In this document: positions 13,040-26,050 of the stretch, one piece after another
Layout: every line of letters begins with the position of its first letter
Position numbering within the stretch: position 1 is the stretch's first letter
DNA from: Malacoraja senta
Lineage: Eukaryota
Direction: 5' to 3'
NCBI GenBank assembly: GCA_038087875.1
Contig: CM076001.1
Location: 1,860,001 to 1,924,000 of the forward strand
DNA length: 64,000 nt
Notes under the pieces: generated by a model
The model's database searches: none
Seen by the model: only the letters and a program-made list of their open reading frames with translations
What the model was told of the DNA's origin: nothing
Made by a program: the position numbers and the translations under genes

Positions 13040-14468
13040 AGCCCTGCGCAGTAATATACCGCTACATCGGACAACCGTGGCACAGGAATGGTCAGTCGAT
13101 ACTCTCTCGCTGTCTTATCCATCACATCGACAAAGCGGCCTTTAGCGAATTCAGCTTGAAAGTCATACTTGCTGTTCAAGTCTCTCCACACGACGAACTC
13201 GGGCCTTCTTCCTGGGTACTGACGATACCAGTATAAATAATTAGCTTCACTGGTATAGGTGCAAATCAAAGTGACATGATCGCCCTCCATCCGCCTGACG
13301 GCGGGCTCTCGTTGTGTCACGGGATCGCCATCGCTGAGATCTGGACACGAAATAAGAACATTAGACGTAACTTTGAATACAATCCTCATCGGCGGGAAAG
13401 CGCGCAACTGTATTCACATACAAGTTAACATAGTTCACTGCAGTGCAGATGGTAGCATATGTGTTGTTCCACGAGTATATCTGATACGGAGATCCATTGA
13501 ATGGAACAACACAGACACAACCACTTCGATGGAGCTGCCCAATCTTAACCAGAGACTTTTATCCCCGTTTGCCTCATATCCCTCTAAAAGTTGTCTGTTC
13601 GTTGCCAGTTCAAAAATTATTTTGAATGCTGTTATTGTCATAAGGGCACCAGGTCATAAGTGATGGGAACACAACTGGGCCATTCGGTCCATCAAGTCTA
13701 CTCCGCCATTCGATCATGGCTTATCTATCTCTCCCTCCTAACCCATTCTCCCTGCATCCCCCCCCATAACCCCTGACTCCCGATTCAACTATCAGCTTCA
13801 CCTACATCCTTTGGTAACTCGGTCCAAATACACGCCGCCCGCTTTGGAAGAAGTGGCCACTTACGTTCCAATTAAATCTTATCGATCCCACCTTAAACCT
13901 ACGCTCGGAATCTTCATTCTCCTGCTGCTCTCAATGCCCCTCCGGATTTATACACCTCCGACTATTACCACTCACCTTCTGCGCTCCAAAGAATACAATT
14001 GTCGCCTCCCTAAACTATCCATGTAGCTCAGGCTCTCGATTCATGGCAATATCGTCGCAAATGATATCTGCATGTTTTCCAGCCGACTGGCATATTCATA
14101 ATTCTACTGCAGATGAAGAGGTTTCGCCACAAATCTCGAAATTTATCATGGACCAACCGGTATGATGCTCCATTGCATTTGCTGCCAATAACACACATGT
14201 GAATGCGTTGTCTTCATCTCCATCCAATCGACATTTTCATTTTGTGATCGGTGCCTACCCAACGGGAAAACCACTCACCCCAACAGATCCGACCAGTGGT
14301 CAGATAATCCAGGGGTTTCTGTATATCTGTGTCTTTCCTCTGAATCTCTGTGACTGTGAAATTGGTCTGCTCTCCAGACCCCAGGACGTTAGTTATATTG
14401 GGGAAAAACATAACAGCCTTACCGACGATGAACCTCATCCACAGTGCAGCGAGTACAAGAACTCCCAT
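13040..14468 (-). CDS. TCR alpha/delta V segment (V4)
   Basis: V exon 13340-13040 (DLSDGDPVTQ..LICTY..LYWYRQYP..DVAVYYCAGL). The most likely leader is 14468-14423 (MGVLVLAALWMRFIV-G, GTAAGG). A nearer leader-like exon at 13458-13422 contains TGA. Confidence 0.8.
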
Positions 14469-16659
14469 TTTTACTATTTCCAGAAGTTAGACCATTTTTT
14501 GTTTCAGACACCAGTGCAACATCACTCGCAGTGTGTGCAGAACAGGTGATGTGCTGGAGCAACGGAACTCCTGCTGATAATCGATAGAACGAACGCGCAG
14601 GTCCGCCTGGTCTTGATTTGACGCACCTCTCTGCTCCAGATTGTGACGTATGCTTAATGAGAGAATACAGAGAATGTCAGAGCCCATTGGATTATGTTGG
14701 ATCGGACGTCATTAGTCTTTATCTTGCACTAAACGTTATTCATGAAATTCCCTTTATCGTGTATCTGTGCAGAGAGGATGGCTCAATTGCAATCATGAGC
14801 TATCTATCAGTTGACTGGGTAATACGCGACAAAAGCTTTTAATTGTACCTCGGTACACGTGATGATAAACTGCACTCAAACTCAAATACATGAAAAATTA
14901 CTTTGCTGGTTTAAAGTGTGGAGCCCTAAAACAGAATACGGTTCAATAATATCAGGAACCGGAGATATAGCCTGACATCCTGACATATAAATCGCGTTGA
15001 CACGGGTTAAAGCAATATCCTCATTCGAATGTAAGGAACACGCAGATGCGTAGGTAACCAGGGCGGCAATTTGACCCAAAGTGGGGCTTGGTCATAAGTT
15101 CCGCAGAGAAAAGGGAGCTCAACTTTTAAGTTTAGCGATAAATACAAGAACAGACCATGTTGGTAAGACTATTTTAGTTTAGTTTATTGTCACGTGTACC
15201 GAGGTACAGTGAAAAGCTTGGTGTTGCGTGCTAACCAGTTAACGGAAAGATAATAATGATAACAATCGTCCCATTTACACAGTGTATAAGTACATGACAA
15301 TGGAATATAGATGTATGATAATGGAATATAGATACAGCTCGCCCGATAGCATCCATGTAAAAAAAAAACCAGAGTTCAGTTTACATGGTTGCTGTCCCTT
15401 TGCTGCCATCTAGTGGAAGACCTTACATTTCCTTCCCGGCAATATTACATTCTATTTGCACATCCATTCATGCCACCACCACCAGCCCGCCGCTCCATCC
15501 ATTTCATTAATGATTAATATTCCAATGAGGGAGGCACCCCTCAAATGCAGCTGCAACTAAGATCTCGTTAATGGTTACAGTAAACCTTTGGCGAACCGGT
15601 TCATGCGCAGAAAACAAGGGATAATAAATGCAGTGGAACTAAAGTCATTCCAAATAAATAACACCGTAGACAATCCTATTTGCAGTCTGGTATATTCTGC
15701 AGCTTTTGTTAATGGATTCCCTTTCGCTCGTCGGGGGCAGAAGGGAGGTAAAGGCTAAAGATACCGATGAGTCGTGCGGGGCAGCAAATGCATGTGAGGT
15801 ATGACCATATCCTAACAACAGGACTGGCTAGCCCGCCAGCAACCTGAAACCATCCGAGGCTCGTCTCGTGCCCGTCCCCGATGACACGGAACAGGTGGGG
15901 AGGTAGGAATGAGTCGCCGATGGCGGCGGACGTTGGTCAAACGACCGTATCCAATACGGTGTCGGAAGAAGGAGAGGATCGATGCCGCTAGGACAATCGG
16001 TCTTTTTCGCCAAAGCAGATCTGTACTGTTAAGAACTTTGAAACTTTGTTGGCGCCGGAAACATGACGACTCTTTGTCCCTACCGTCTCGGAGAAGGTAA
16101 CTATTACACTATCATAGTTGTATTTTTGTACGTACTGTATCTTTCGTGTTTTACTGGATTGCATGCAAAGCAAATAATTTGACTGTACCAGCTACATGAC
16201 AATAAATGATGATGATCATCATTATCATTATAATTGTTGGAATTATTGGTCGCCAGTAGAACGCGATCTCGGGTATGTCTTCATTACTATCTTATTAAAG
16301 TTTAATTGTTGACATTGAAGGATACAGCATAGCACCCCTATCGTCAATCATGCGTTCATACCAGTTCTGTGTCATCCCACTTTTGCATCCAGATGGTATT
16401 TACAAAGTCAAATTAACCCACAAACCCGCTTGTCTTTATATTAGGTTGAGATTTATTTTTGTACGTGTATCAAGGTAGAATGACAATTATTGTTTTGTGA
16501 TCCAAACAGATCAGATATAAACACACATTAAAATTAACCAAGTCAGACGCATGCAAAGTACATAGAACAATGGAAAGGTACATAGTTTATAAGAGAGCAT
16601 TCTCGCAACATTGTCGCGCAACAAAGTCAAAGTCTGCAATCGGGTAGAGGTGCACCAGA

Positions 16660-17665
16660 CAGTAGCCTTGCTTACTTTACAATATATATTAATGACCTGG
16701 ATGAGGGAATTGAAGGCAATATCTCCAAGTTTGCGGATGACACTAAGCTGGGGGGCAGTGTTAGCTGTGAGGAGGATGCTAGGAGACTGGAAGGTGACTT
16801 GGATAGGCTGGGTGAGTGGGCAAATGTTTGGCAGATGCAGTATAATGTGGATAAATGTGAGGTTATCCATTTTGGTGGCAAAAACAGGAAAGCAGACTAT
16901 TATCTAAATGGTGGCCGACTAGGAAAAGGGGAGATGCAGCGAGACCTGGGTGTCATGGTACATCAGTCATTGAAAGTAGGCATGCAGGTGCAGCAGGCAG
17001 TGAGGAAAGCGAATGGTATGTTAGCTTTCATAGCAAAAGGATTTGAGTATAGGAGCAGGGAGGTTCTACTGCAGTTGTACAGGGTCTTGGTGAGACCACA
17101 CCTGGAGTATTGCGTACAGTTTTGGTCTCCAAATCTGAGGAAGGACATTATTGCCATAGAGGGAGTGCAGAGAAGGTTCACCAGACTGATTCCTGGATGT
17201 CAGGACTGTCTTATGAAGAAAGACGGGATAGACTTGGTTTATACTCTCTAGAATTTAGGAGATTGAGAGGGGATCTTATAGAAACTTACAAAATTCTTAA
17301 GGGGTTGGACAGGCTAGATGCAGGAAGATTGCTCCCGATGTTGGGGAAGTCCAGGACTAGGGGTCACAGCTTAAGGATAAGGGGGAAATCCTTTAAAACC
17401 GAGATGAGAAGAACTTTTTTCACACAGAGAGTGGTGAATCTCTGGAACTCTCTGCCACAGAGGGTAGTCGAGGCCAGTTCATTGGCTATATTTAAGAGGG
17501 AGTTAAATGTGGCCCTTGTGGCTAAAGGGATCAGAGGGTATGGAGAGAAGGCAGGTACGGGATACTGAGTTGGATGATCAGCCATGATCATATTGAATGG
17601 CGGTGCAGGCTCGAAGGGCCGAATGGCCTACTCCTGCACCTAATTTCTATGTTTCTATGTTTCTA
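16660..17665 (+). mobile_element. CR1 LINE 3' fragment with (TTCTATGT)n tail
   Basis: ORFs 16799-17251 and 17110-17568 encode the RT C-terminus (HLEYCVQFWSP, LGLYSLEFRRLRGDLIETYK). Confidence 0.92.
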
Positions 17666-17829
17666 TGTTACGAAAGCATCGTAGTCTGGTGGTACGACTT
17701 TCAAACATACGTGCCCTCTGCCCAACGGGGGCAAGGCGAATCAGGAATGACAGGTTTGGGACAGGACTTTGAATATGTAGGCTGCTGCTTTTCTAAGGCA
17801 GAGTGAAGGGTTAATGGAGGAAATGGATT

Positions 17830-18050
17830 GCGCTACATCTTTAACGCTCCGAAAATTCCTACAGTCTTGGGCTTTCCTCAAACGATGTTCTGATGCTACC
17901 CGATAGTGTGCTTTCTATGATGCGTCTGTAGACGTTTATAAGGCGTGAGAGGAATGCGTTTACCCGTAAGTCGCAAGGGAGACATGACAACTCCATGCAG
18001 ACGACACCCGAGGTTAGGATCGAATCCGGTTCTCCAACGTCGTGAAGAAG
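17830..18050 (-). mobile_element. HE1-type SINE, degenerate
   Basis: Reverse complement resembles the SINE at 45728 (ccggttcgatcctaacctcgggtgtcgtctgc...). Confidence 0.6.
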
Positions 18051-18418
18051 CAGCTCGGGGAAGCACGGCGAAGCCCGTCAACTTGCTTCACGACCAATGA
18101 ATTTTGGCCACAGACACAAATCCAGCGGGCTCTGTCATTTCAATTGCGGATGCGACTAATCGGAGGCAACGCCCACTTCCCATGGGTTTTCAACACCTGC
18201 AATCCGTTCAGTGTGAATACAGTGGCCGCCTCACCCTCAGGTTCAGTTTACTGCTCTACGCCTCATTGTTATATAACCTGTGTTATCGAGGCGGCAGCTG
18301 GCACTGCTGCCCGCTTGATATCATTGACTCCTCGGCTGGGCGAATGGTGCGACGATAAGTATTTCCACTTGGAACTGGTTGCCTCTGATACAGAAAAATG
18401 ACAGACTCGGAGACCATC

Positions 18419-18945
18419 ATGCACAATATCCTCGCGACGTTGCTCGTCATTGTATCCCTCTTTGGTAAGGATTTTCTTCCCTGTAAAAATAATGGTAACT
18501 CTGCCACCGGGAGGAATCCATTATTCCAAACTTGCAACACACACTTTTCCTTTTCCTCGTTTTCCACGGATGCCGATTTCTATCGAATGTTATATTCGCC
18601 GCACTGATCTATTATTGTTTTCAACGCCTTTTCAGGTCGAGGCCACGGGGATCCTGCCACTGATCCGTTGTCTTCTGTCGCGGAGATCAAAGGAGGAAAG
18701 GTCACTTTAAACTGCACCTACGAAACAACATGGAGAGGCACCAATAATCTGCTCTGGTATCGGCAACACCCAGACGCACAGATTGAGTTTATTCTGATGA
18801 AATACACCAGCGGAGCTGCCGACAAGGCAGATTTTGCGAAAACGCGTTTCTCTGCAGTGCACGAGAGCTCGGTGAAATTCGCAAGTCTGACTATCTTAGA
18901 ATTGCAGCTGAGCGACTCTGCGGTTTATATGTGCGCGGCGACGCT
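18419..18945 (+). CDS. TCR alpha/delta V segment (V5), apparently functional
   Basis: Leader 18419-18464 (MHNILATLLVIVSLF-G, GTAAGG; an upstream in-frame ATG at 18398 is possible). V exon 18636-18945 GRGHGDPATD..LNCTY..LLWYRQHP..DSAVYMCAATL. Confidence 0.9.
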
Positions 18946-18984
18946 CACGGTGTTGAAAACCAGTAAAACTCTTCTACAAAAAGT
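18946..18984 (+). other. 23-RSS of V5 (CACGGTG-23-ACAAAAAGT)
   Basis: Counted directly. Confidence 0.9.
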
Positions 18985-20181
18985 CCAATCGCTCTGCATA
19001 TCTTGGGGTTTCGGTTCCAATTAATTTTATGCGCTCAGAAAGCTTCTGGATCCCCTGACATTTCAGAAATCGTTCTATCTGTCCCTTCAATTTCCATCGA
19101 TTACCGAATTAGGTTTCATCAATAATAACGCAGCCGTTTGTAATAGGAACCACTCTACCTTCGTAAACCTGCATCACTGGCTTTCGGGCCCTCACAGCTG
19201 GCAGGTGCATCTTCATTTTGTGCATTAAACACGAAGCCCTCTCGGTCCAACGTCTCTGAGTGAAAATCCTGATTTCGTTGATGTAACCGATTAAGGATGT
19301 TAAGACCATTTGGACAAATACTTGATTTCTGTGTTTCAGTCTCCTGGAGATCATAGCACATAGGTCATACAATACAAAACTCCAAAGAGTACAATAACAG
19401 GCGCTTCAGCACGAACGCCTGCTCCCACCATGATGTCAAGTCAAACTAAACGTCTCTGCCCGCACGTGATCCATATCCCTCACGCCCTGCATGTCCACTT
19501 GCCCAGCTAAAAGCTTCTTACTAGCTACTATCGCATCTGCCCAAACAACCACTCCTGGTAGCGCGTTCTACCACTTTTTGTCTAAAACACTTGCCCAGCT
19601 CACGTCCTTTAAACTCTGTCCCTCTCATCTTGAAACTATGCCTGCCGCCTTTGGTATTTGCACCCTCGGTAAAGATTTCTGACTATCTATGTTTCTTATA
19701 ATTGTGTATACCTCTACCACGTCCGCCACAACAAACTTTCCAGAGAAAACAATCCACGTTTGTCCAACCTCTTCCTCTTGGTAGTGCCATCTAATCCAGG
19801 CAACAATCTGGTAAACCTCTTCTGCTCTCCCTCAAGCCTCTATAATCTTCTTGTGTGAGGTCGACCCGCATATCGACATTGTGCGGAGATTCTGCGGAAT
19901 GTCTATATTTATACCTAATAAGGAAAACAGTAAATAGTTGTTTTGGGGTGTTGAACGTTGAGAGGGGACCATGTAACTTCCCTTCACCTCACAATTTAGT
20001 CCTATTGAAAGGACAAGAGATTCAGTAGTTTTATATTGCGAGTCATTTCATTGCTCGGAACCAATTATATTTTGAGATATGATCAAATTATTGCGAGCGG
20101 ATTGGATAATTGCAAGCGGCCTAATTTTTCATTTGAAGGATCGAAGCTGCAAGCTGATTGGATGCTTCATTCAGAGTCAGC

Positions 20182-20191
20182 AGTGACGCAA
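20182..20191 (+). promoter_or_regulatory. CRE-like TCR V promoter motif AGTGACGCAA
   Basis: About 90 nt upstream of the V6 ATG. Resembles the CRE-containing decamer of TCR V promoters. Confidence 0.5.
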
Positions 20192-20279
20192 TCATCAGCG
20201 AGGCCGGATATCGCACAGTATCTTCACTGCAAACAATTTCAGAGTCAGTCCGCTTTGTTCAGAACGGTCGCCGGCCGAC

Positions 20280-20808
20280 ATGTTCGCAGTTCTTACTCAT
20301 TTGTTTTATTTCGCTGCAGCTCTTTTAGCAAGTAAGCTCGCAATACGGTTTCCCTTATTATGTGTCGCTGATATTGAAAACTTCCCTGCCGGTTACTTCG
20401 ACTTTGATCTATTGCAGTTGAATATGTCCAACCTCTTCCACGAATATTGGCCTGTATGAATTGAAAATGCAAAATGTTTATGTGTTTTTAAATTATTGCA
20501 GGTGTCGTTGCCAGAGACTCCGTCTCACAGGAACCGGCTAACTTGGCGCCGATGGAAGGAGACACGGCGAAAATTAACTGCAGGTATTCAACTACTGCTG
20601 ATATGTATTCTTTGCATCTCTACCGTCAGAAACCGAACAGTGGCTTCACCTTCCTGATTCTCATCCCATCCTTCGGAAACATTTCCAGGGCACAAATTGT
20701 GGGTCATCGAATTTCCGCGTCCCTCGACACTTCGAGAGGCGAAAGTTCATTTACCCTGGCTGGAGTACAGCTGTCTGACGGAGCCGTATATTACTGCGTA
20801 CTGAGAGA
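20280..20808 (+). CDS. TCR alpha/delta V segment (V6), open frame but Trp41->Leu
   Basis: Leader 20280-20331 (MFAVLTHLFYFAAALLA, GTAAGC). V exon 20502-20808 ..RDSVSQEP..INCRY..SLHLYRQKP..DGAVYYCVLRD. Confidence 0.88.
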
Positions 20809-20847
20809 CACGGTGCCACTATCTATGAACGGCCTCGTACAAAAACT
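20809..20847 (+). other. 23-RSS of V6 (CACGGTG-23-ACAAAAACT)
   Basis: Counted directly. Confidence 0.9.
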
Positions 20848-21957
20848 ATGCCGCCTCAGAAAAAACATCGCGAGAACATTAAGATTAGATTGTGGTGGGT
20901 GGCAAGAGTGGGGAAATATTCGGTTAACCTGGACCGAAACCATCAATGTTGCTCAAAGGACAGATACCGTATGAAATAGGCAAATAACGGGTTGCCAACC
21001 AATATCATGACAGAAATATTACGACTTCCCCATCAGTGCCTATATTCTCGAGTCAGCTGGAGGAAGTATCTTCTGACAACATACGGATGGAAGTTGATGC
21101 GCCATTTCAGCGGATGATGCTAAAAATATATGTCACATCTTGGAACTCCATTAGGAAAAGGGAAAATATTGGCAATATTCACAATTCGGTATATCTGGAA
21201 AGATAAACGCGAACGGACCTGGAATGTTGTGGTTTCGGCACTGCAGATTAGTGTACAGGATTTAGTGTTCAGTGTTCGAAGGTGTGAGCAGATTGGTTGG
21301 TGGGTTGGGCACTGCTGCGCTGAGCGAAATTACATTCTTGGGCGGCGGCAGTTTTTGTGCCTTCGCGCTGGTGCCATTTCTAACGTCACACCTCCGACAG
21401 CGCCCCCTGGTGTCTCGGGAATTCTCAATTGACTTTCCATCGGCTGCAGTATCTGAGGAGTGTACTTTTGATCTTAAAACAGGGCGGTCGCAATGTTACT
21501 GAATGGCTCAATGTGAGAACGGTTCCAAAGAATATAATAGGAGTAGAAAACTTTGCTCGCAGCAATTTTTGGCATCCTGGTTTACGCCACACCTGGATTG
21601 GAATTTAGGTCGCCCCATTACATGAATGATGCTTAGGCTTTGGAGAGGGTGCTGGAGGTTTAGCAGAATATTGTCCGGATTGCAGATTATTACACATTAG
21701 AACCAGTTGGGCAAACGTGGATTGTTCCCACGTAGAAAGAGCAGAGAGACATTATCATTTCCCGTAGCCGGATAGGGATGTCCAAGATTATAAGGCATAG
21801 CTTTGATACAATAAAAACGAAGCTTAAAATATTCGCGGCAGAAGTATTTTATACAATGGTCGGTGTCGGGAACGCACTGCCAGAGATAATGCCGTACGGT
21901 ATTTCAGACGTTTGTCGGTGTGCACGTGGATATGCAGGGAATGGATAGTAGAAGGAC

Positions 21958-22920
21958 AGTTAAAGTTTCTTTAGATAAGGAGAGTAAATGCTTCTTTAGA
22001 TATGTTAAGGGAAAAAGAGTAGCAAAGTCAAATGTGGGTCCCTTGAAGGCAGACACGGGTGAAATTATTATGGGCAACAAGCAAATGGCAGTAGAGTTGA
22101 ATAGGTACTTCGGATCTGTCTTCATGAAGGAAGACACAAACAATCTCCCAGATGTACTGGAGGACAGAGGATCTAAGGGGGTAGAGGAACTTAAATAAAT
22201 GTTCATTAGGCGATAAATAGTATTGGGTAGGCTAATGGGACTGAAGGACGATAAATCCCTTGGGCCTAATGGACTGCATCCCAGGGTCCTCATGGAGGTG
22301 GCTCTAGAAATAGTGGACGCATGGGCGATAATTTTCCAATGTTCAATAGATTCAGGATCAGTTCCTGTGGATTGGAGGATAGCTAATGTTATCCCACTTT
22401 TCAAGAAAGTAGCGAGAGAGAAAACAGGGATTTAAGACCAGTTAGCCTGATTTCGGTGGTGGGAAAGATGCTGGAGTCAATTATTAAAGAGGTAATAATG
22501 GGGCATTTGGATAGCAGTAAAAGGATTAGTCCAAGTCGACATGGATTTATGAAAGGGAAATCAGGCTTGACTAACCTTCTGGAATTATTTGAGGATGTGA
22601 CAAGTAAAATGGATAAAGGGGTGCCAGTGGATGTAGTGTATCTAGACCTTCAGAAAGCCTTTGATAACGGCCCGCACGGGAGACTGGTGACTAAAATTAT
22701 AACACAAGGTATTGGGTGTAGTGTGTTGACATGGATATAAAATTGGTTGGCAGACAGGAAGCAAAGAGTAGGAGTGAACGGGTGCTTTTCAGAATGGCAG
22801 GCAGTGGCGACTGGGGCCGCAACTGATTACCATATATATTAATGATTTGGAAGAGGAAATTAGGAGCAACACTAGCAAGTTTGCGGATGACACAAAGCTG
22901 GGTGGCAGTGTGAGCTGTGA
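21958..22920 (+). mobile_element. CR1 LINE ORF2 fragment (older), left part; resumes at ~25165
   Basis: ORFs 21920-22740 with RT motifs (VDVVYLDLQKAFD). Breaks off at gtgagctgtga. Confidence 0.85.
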
Positions 22921-25147
22921 ATAGATACATAGATACATAGAAAATAGGTGCAGGAGTAGGCCATTCGGCCCTTCGAGCCTGCACCGCCATTCAATATGAT
23001 CATGGCTTATCATCCAACTCAGTATCCCGTACCTGCCTTCTCTCCATACCCCCTGATCCCCTTAGCCACAAGGGCCACATCTAACTCCCTCTTAAATATA
23101 GCCAAATGCACTGGCCTCAACTACCCTCTGTGGCAGAGAGTTCCAGAGATTCACCACTCTCTGTGTGAAAAAGTTTTTCCTCATCTCGGTCTTAAAGGAT
23201 TTCCCCCTCATCCTTAAGCTGTGAGCCCTTGTCCTGGACTTCCCCAACATCGGGAACAATCTTCCTGCATCTAGCCTGTCCAACCCCATAAGAATGTTGT
23301 ACGTTTCTCTAAGATCCCCTCTCAATCTCCTAAATTCTAGCGAGTATAAGCCAAGTCTATCCAGTCTTTCTTCATATGAAAGTCCTGACATCCCAGGAAT
23401 CAGTCTGGTGAACATTCTGTGCACTCCCTCTATGGCTATAATGTCCTTCCTCAGATTTGGAGACCAAAACTGTGCGCAATACTCCAGGTGTGGTCTCACC
23501 AAGACCCTGTACAACTGCAGTAGAATCTCCCTGCTCCTATACTTAAATCATCTTGCTATGAAAGCCAACATACCATTCGCTTTCTTCACTGCCTGCTGCA
23601 CCTGCATGCCTACTTTCAATGACTGGTGTACCATGACACCCAGGTCTCGCTGCATCTCCCCATTTCCTAATCGGCCACCATTTATATAATAGTCTGCCTT
23701 CCCGTTTTTGCCACCAAAGTGGATAACCTCACATTTATCCACATTATACTGCATCTGCCAAACATTTGCCCACTCACCCAGCCTATCCAAGTCACCTTGC
23801 AGTCTCCTAGCATCCTCCTCACAGCTAACACTGCCCCCCAGCTTAGTGTCATCCGCAAACGTGGAGATGTTGCTTTCAATTCCCTCATCCAGTTCATTAA
23901 TATAAATTGTAAATAGCTGGGGTCCCAGCACTGAGCCTTGCGGTACCCCACTAGTCACTGCCTGCCATTGTGAAAAGGACCCGTTTACTCCTACTCTTTG
24001 CTTCCTGTTTGACAGCCAGTTCTCTATCCACAAAAATACTGAACCACCAATGCCATGTGGTTTAAGTTTGTATACTAATCTCTTATGTGGAACCTTGTCG
24101 AAAGCCTTCTGGAAGTCCAGATACACCACATCCACTGGTTCTCCCCTATCCACGCTACTAGTTACATCCTCGAAAAATTCTATAAGATTCGTCAGACATG
24201 ATTTACCTTTCGTAAATCCATGCTGACTTTGTCCAATGATTTCACCACTTTCCAAATGTGCTGCTATCCCATCTTTAATAACTGACTCTAGCAGTCTCCC
24301 CACTACCGACGTTAGACTAACTGGTCTGTAATTCCCCGTTTTCTGTCTCCCTCCCTTCTTAAAAAGTGGGGTTACGTTTGCTACCCGCCAATCCTCAGGA
24401 ACTACTCCAGAGTCTGAAGAGTTTTGAAAGATTATTACTAATGCATCCACTATTTCTGGAGCTACTTCCTTAAGTACTCTGGGATGCAGCCTATCTGGCC
24501 CTGGGGATTTATCGGCCTTTAATCCATCCAATTTACCCAACACCACTTCCCGACTAACCTGGATTTCACTCAGTTCCTCCAACTCCTTTGACCCGCGGTC
24601 CCCTGGTATTTCCAGCAGATTATTTATGTCTTCCTTAGTGAAGACGGAACCAAAGTAGTTATTCAATTGGTCCGCCATATCCTTGTTCCCCATGATCAAC
24701 CTGCATTTGTTTTCACTAATCTCTTTCTTTTCACATATCTATAAAAACTTTTGCAGTCAGTTTTTATGTTCCCTGCCAGTTTTCTTTCATAATCTATGTT
24801 TCCTTTCCTAATTAAGCCCTTTGTCCTCCTCTGCTGGTCTCTGAGTTTCTCCCAGTCCTCCGGTATGCTGCTTTTTCAGGCTAATTTGTACGCATCATCC
24901 TTCGCTTGTTATCCACGGATCATATTTCCCTTGTTATCCACGGATGCACTACCTTCCCTGATTTATTCTTTTGCCAAACTGGGATGAACAATTTTTGTAG
25001 TTCATCCATGCAGTCTTTAAATGCCTTCCATTGCATATCCACCGTCAACCCTTTTAGAACTAATTGCCAGTCAATCTTGGCCAATTCACGTCTCATACCC
25101 TCAAAGTTACCTTTCTTTAAGTTCAGAACCGTTGTTTCTGAATTAAC
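22921..25147 (-). mobile_element. CR1 LINE (younger), 5'-truncated, inserted antisense into the older CR1
   Basis: 383-aa RT ORF 24699-23548 (YLDFQKAFD, VPQGSVLGP, FADD) ends at a premature TGA. The 3' tail (TCTATGTA)n lies at 22921-22945. Confidence 0.92.
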
Positions 25148-25164
25148 AATGTAATTCAGAAACA

Positions 25165-26050
25165 AGAGGATGTTAGGAGGTTGCAGGGTGACCTGGACAG
25201 GTTGAGTGAGTGGGCAGATGCGTGGCAGGTGCAGTATAATATAGATAATTGTGAGGTTATCCACTTTGGCGGCAAAAACAAGGGAGCAGATTATTATCTC
25301 AATGGGGTTAGGTTAGGTAAGGGGGAGGTATAGCGAGACCTGGGTGTCCTTGTACACCGGTCACTGAAAGTTGGCGTGCAGGTACAGCAGGCAGTGAAGA
25401 AAGCTAATGGAATGTTGGCCTTCATAACAAGAGGATTTCCGTATAGGAGTAAAGAGGTTCTTCTGCAGTTGTATAGGGCTCTGGTGAGACCACATCTGGA
25501 GTATTGTGCACAGTTTTAGTCTCCTCATTTGAGGAAGGATATCCTTGTGATTGAGGCAGTGCAGCGTAGGTTCAAGAGATTGATCCCTGGGATAGCGGGA
25601 CTCTCATATGAGGAAAGATTGAAAAGACTAGGCTTGTATTCGCTGGAGTTTAGAAGGATGAGGGGGGCATCTTATAGAAACATATAAAATTATAAAAGGA
25701 CTGGACAAGCTAGATGCAGGAAATGTTTTCCCAATGTTGGGCGAGTCCAGAACCAGGGGCCACGTTCTTAGAATAAAGGGGAGGTCACTTAAGACTGAGG
25801 TGAGAAAAAAAAAATTCACGCAGAGAGTTGTGAATTTATGGAATATCCTTCCACGGAGGGCAGTGGAGGACAAATCACTGAATGGATTTAAGAGAGAGTT
25901 AGATAGAGCTTTAGGGGGCTAGTGGGATCAAGGGATATGGGGAGAAGTCAGGCACGGGTTATTGATAGGTGACGATCAGCCATGATCACAATGAGTGGCG
26001 GTGCTGGCTCGAAGGGCCGAATGGCCTTCACCTGCACCTATTTTCTATGT
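25165..26050 (+). mobile_element. CR1 LINE 3' part, continuation of 21958-22920
   Basis: agaggatgttaggaggttgcagggtgac continues the interrupted RT sequence and ends in the ctatgt tail. Confidence 0.85.

Noticed and set aside
14100-14270. V-like words (FTC, YWQQ) downstream of the distal V4 leader
   Set aside because: They fall in different frames, with wrong spacing and no YxC or RSS.
21350-21400. Isolated nonamer-like AGTTTTTGT
   Set aside because: No heptamer at 12 or 23 nt.
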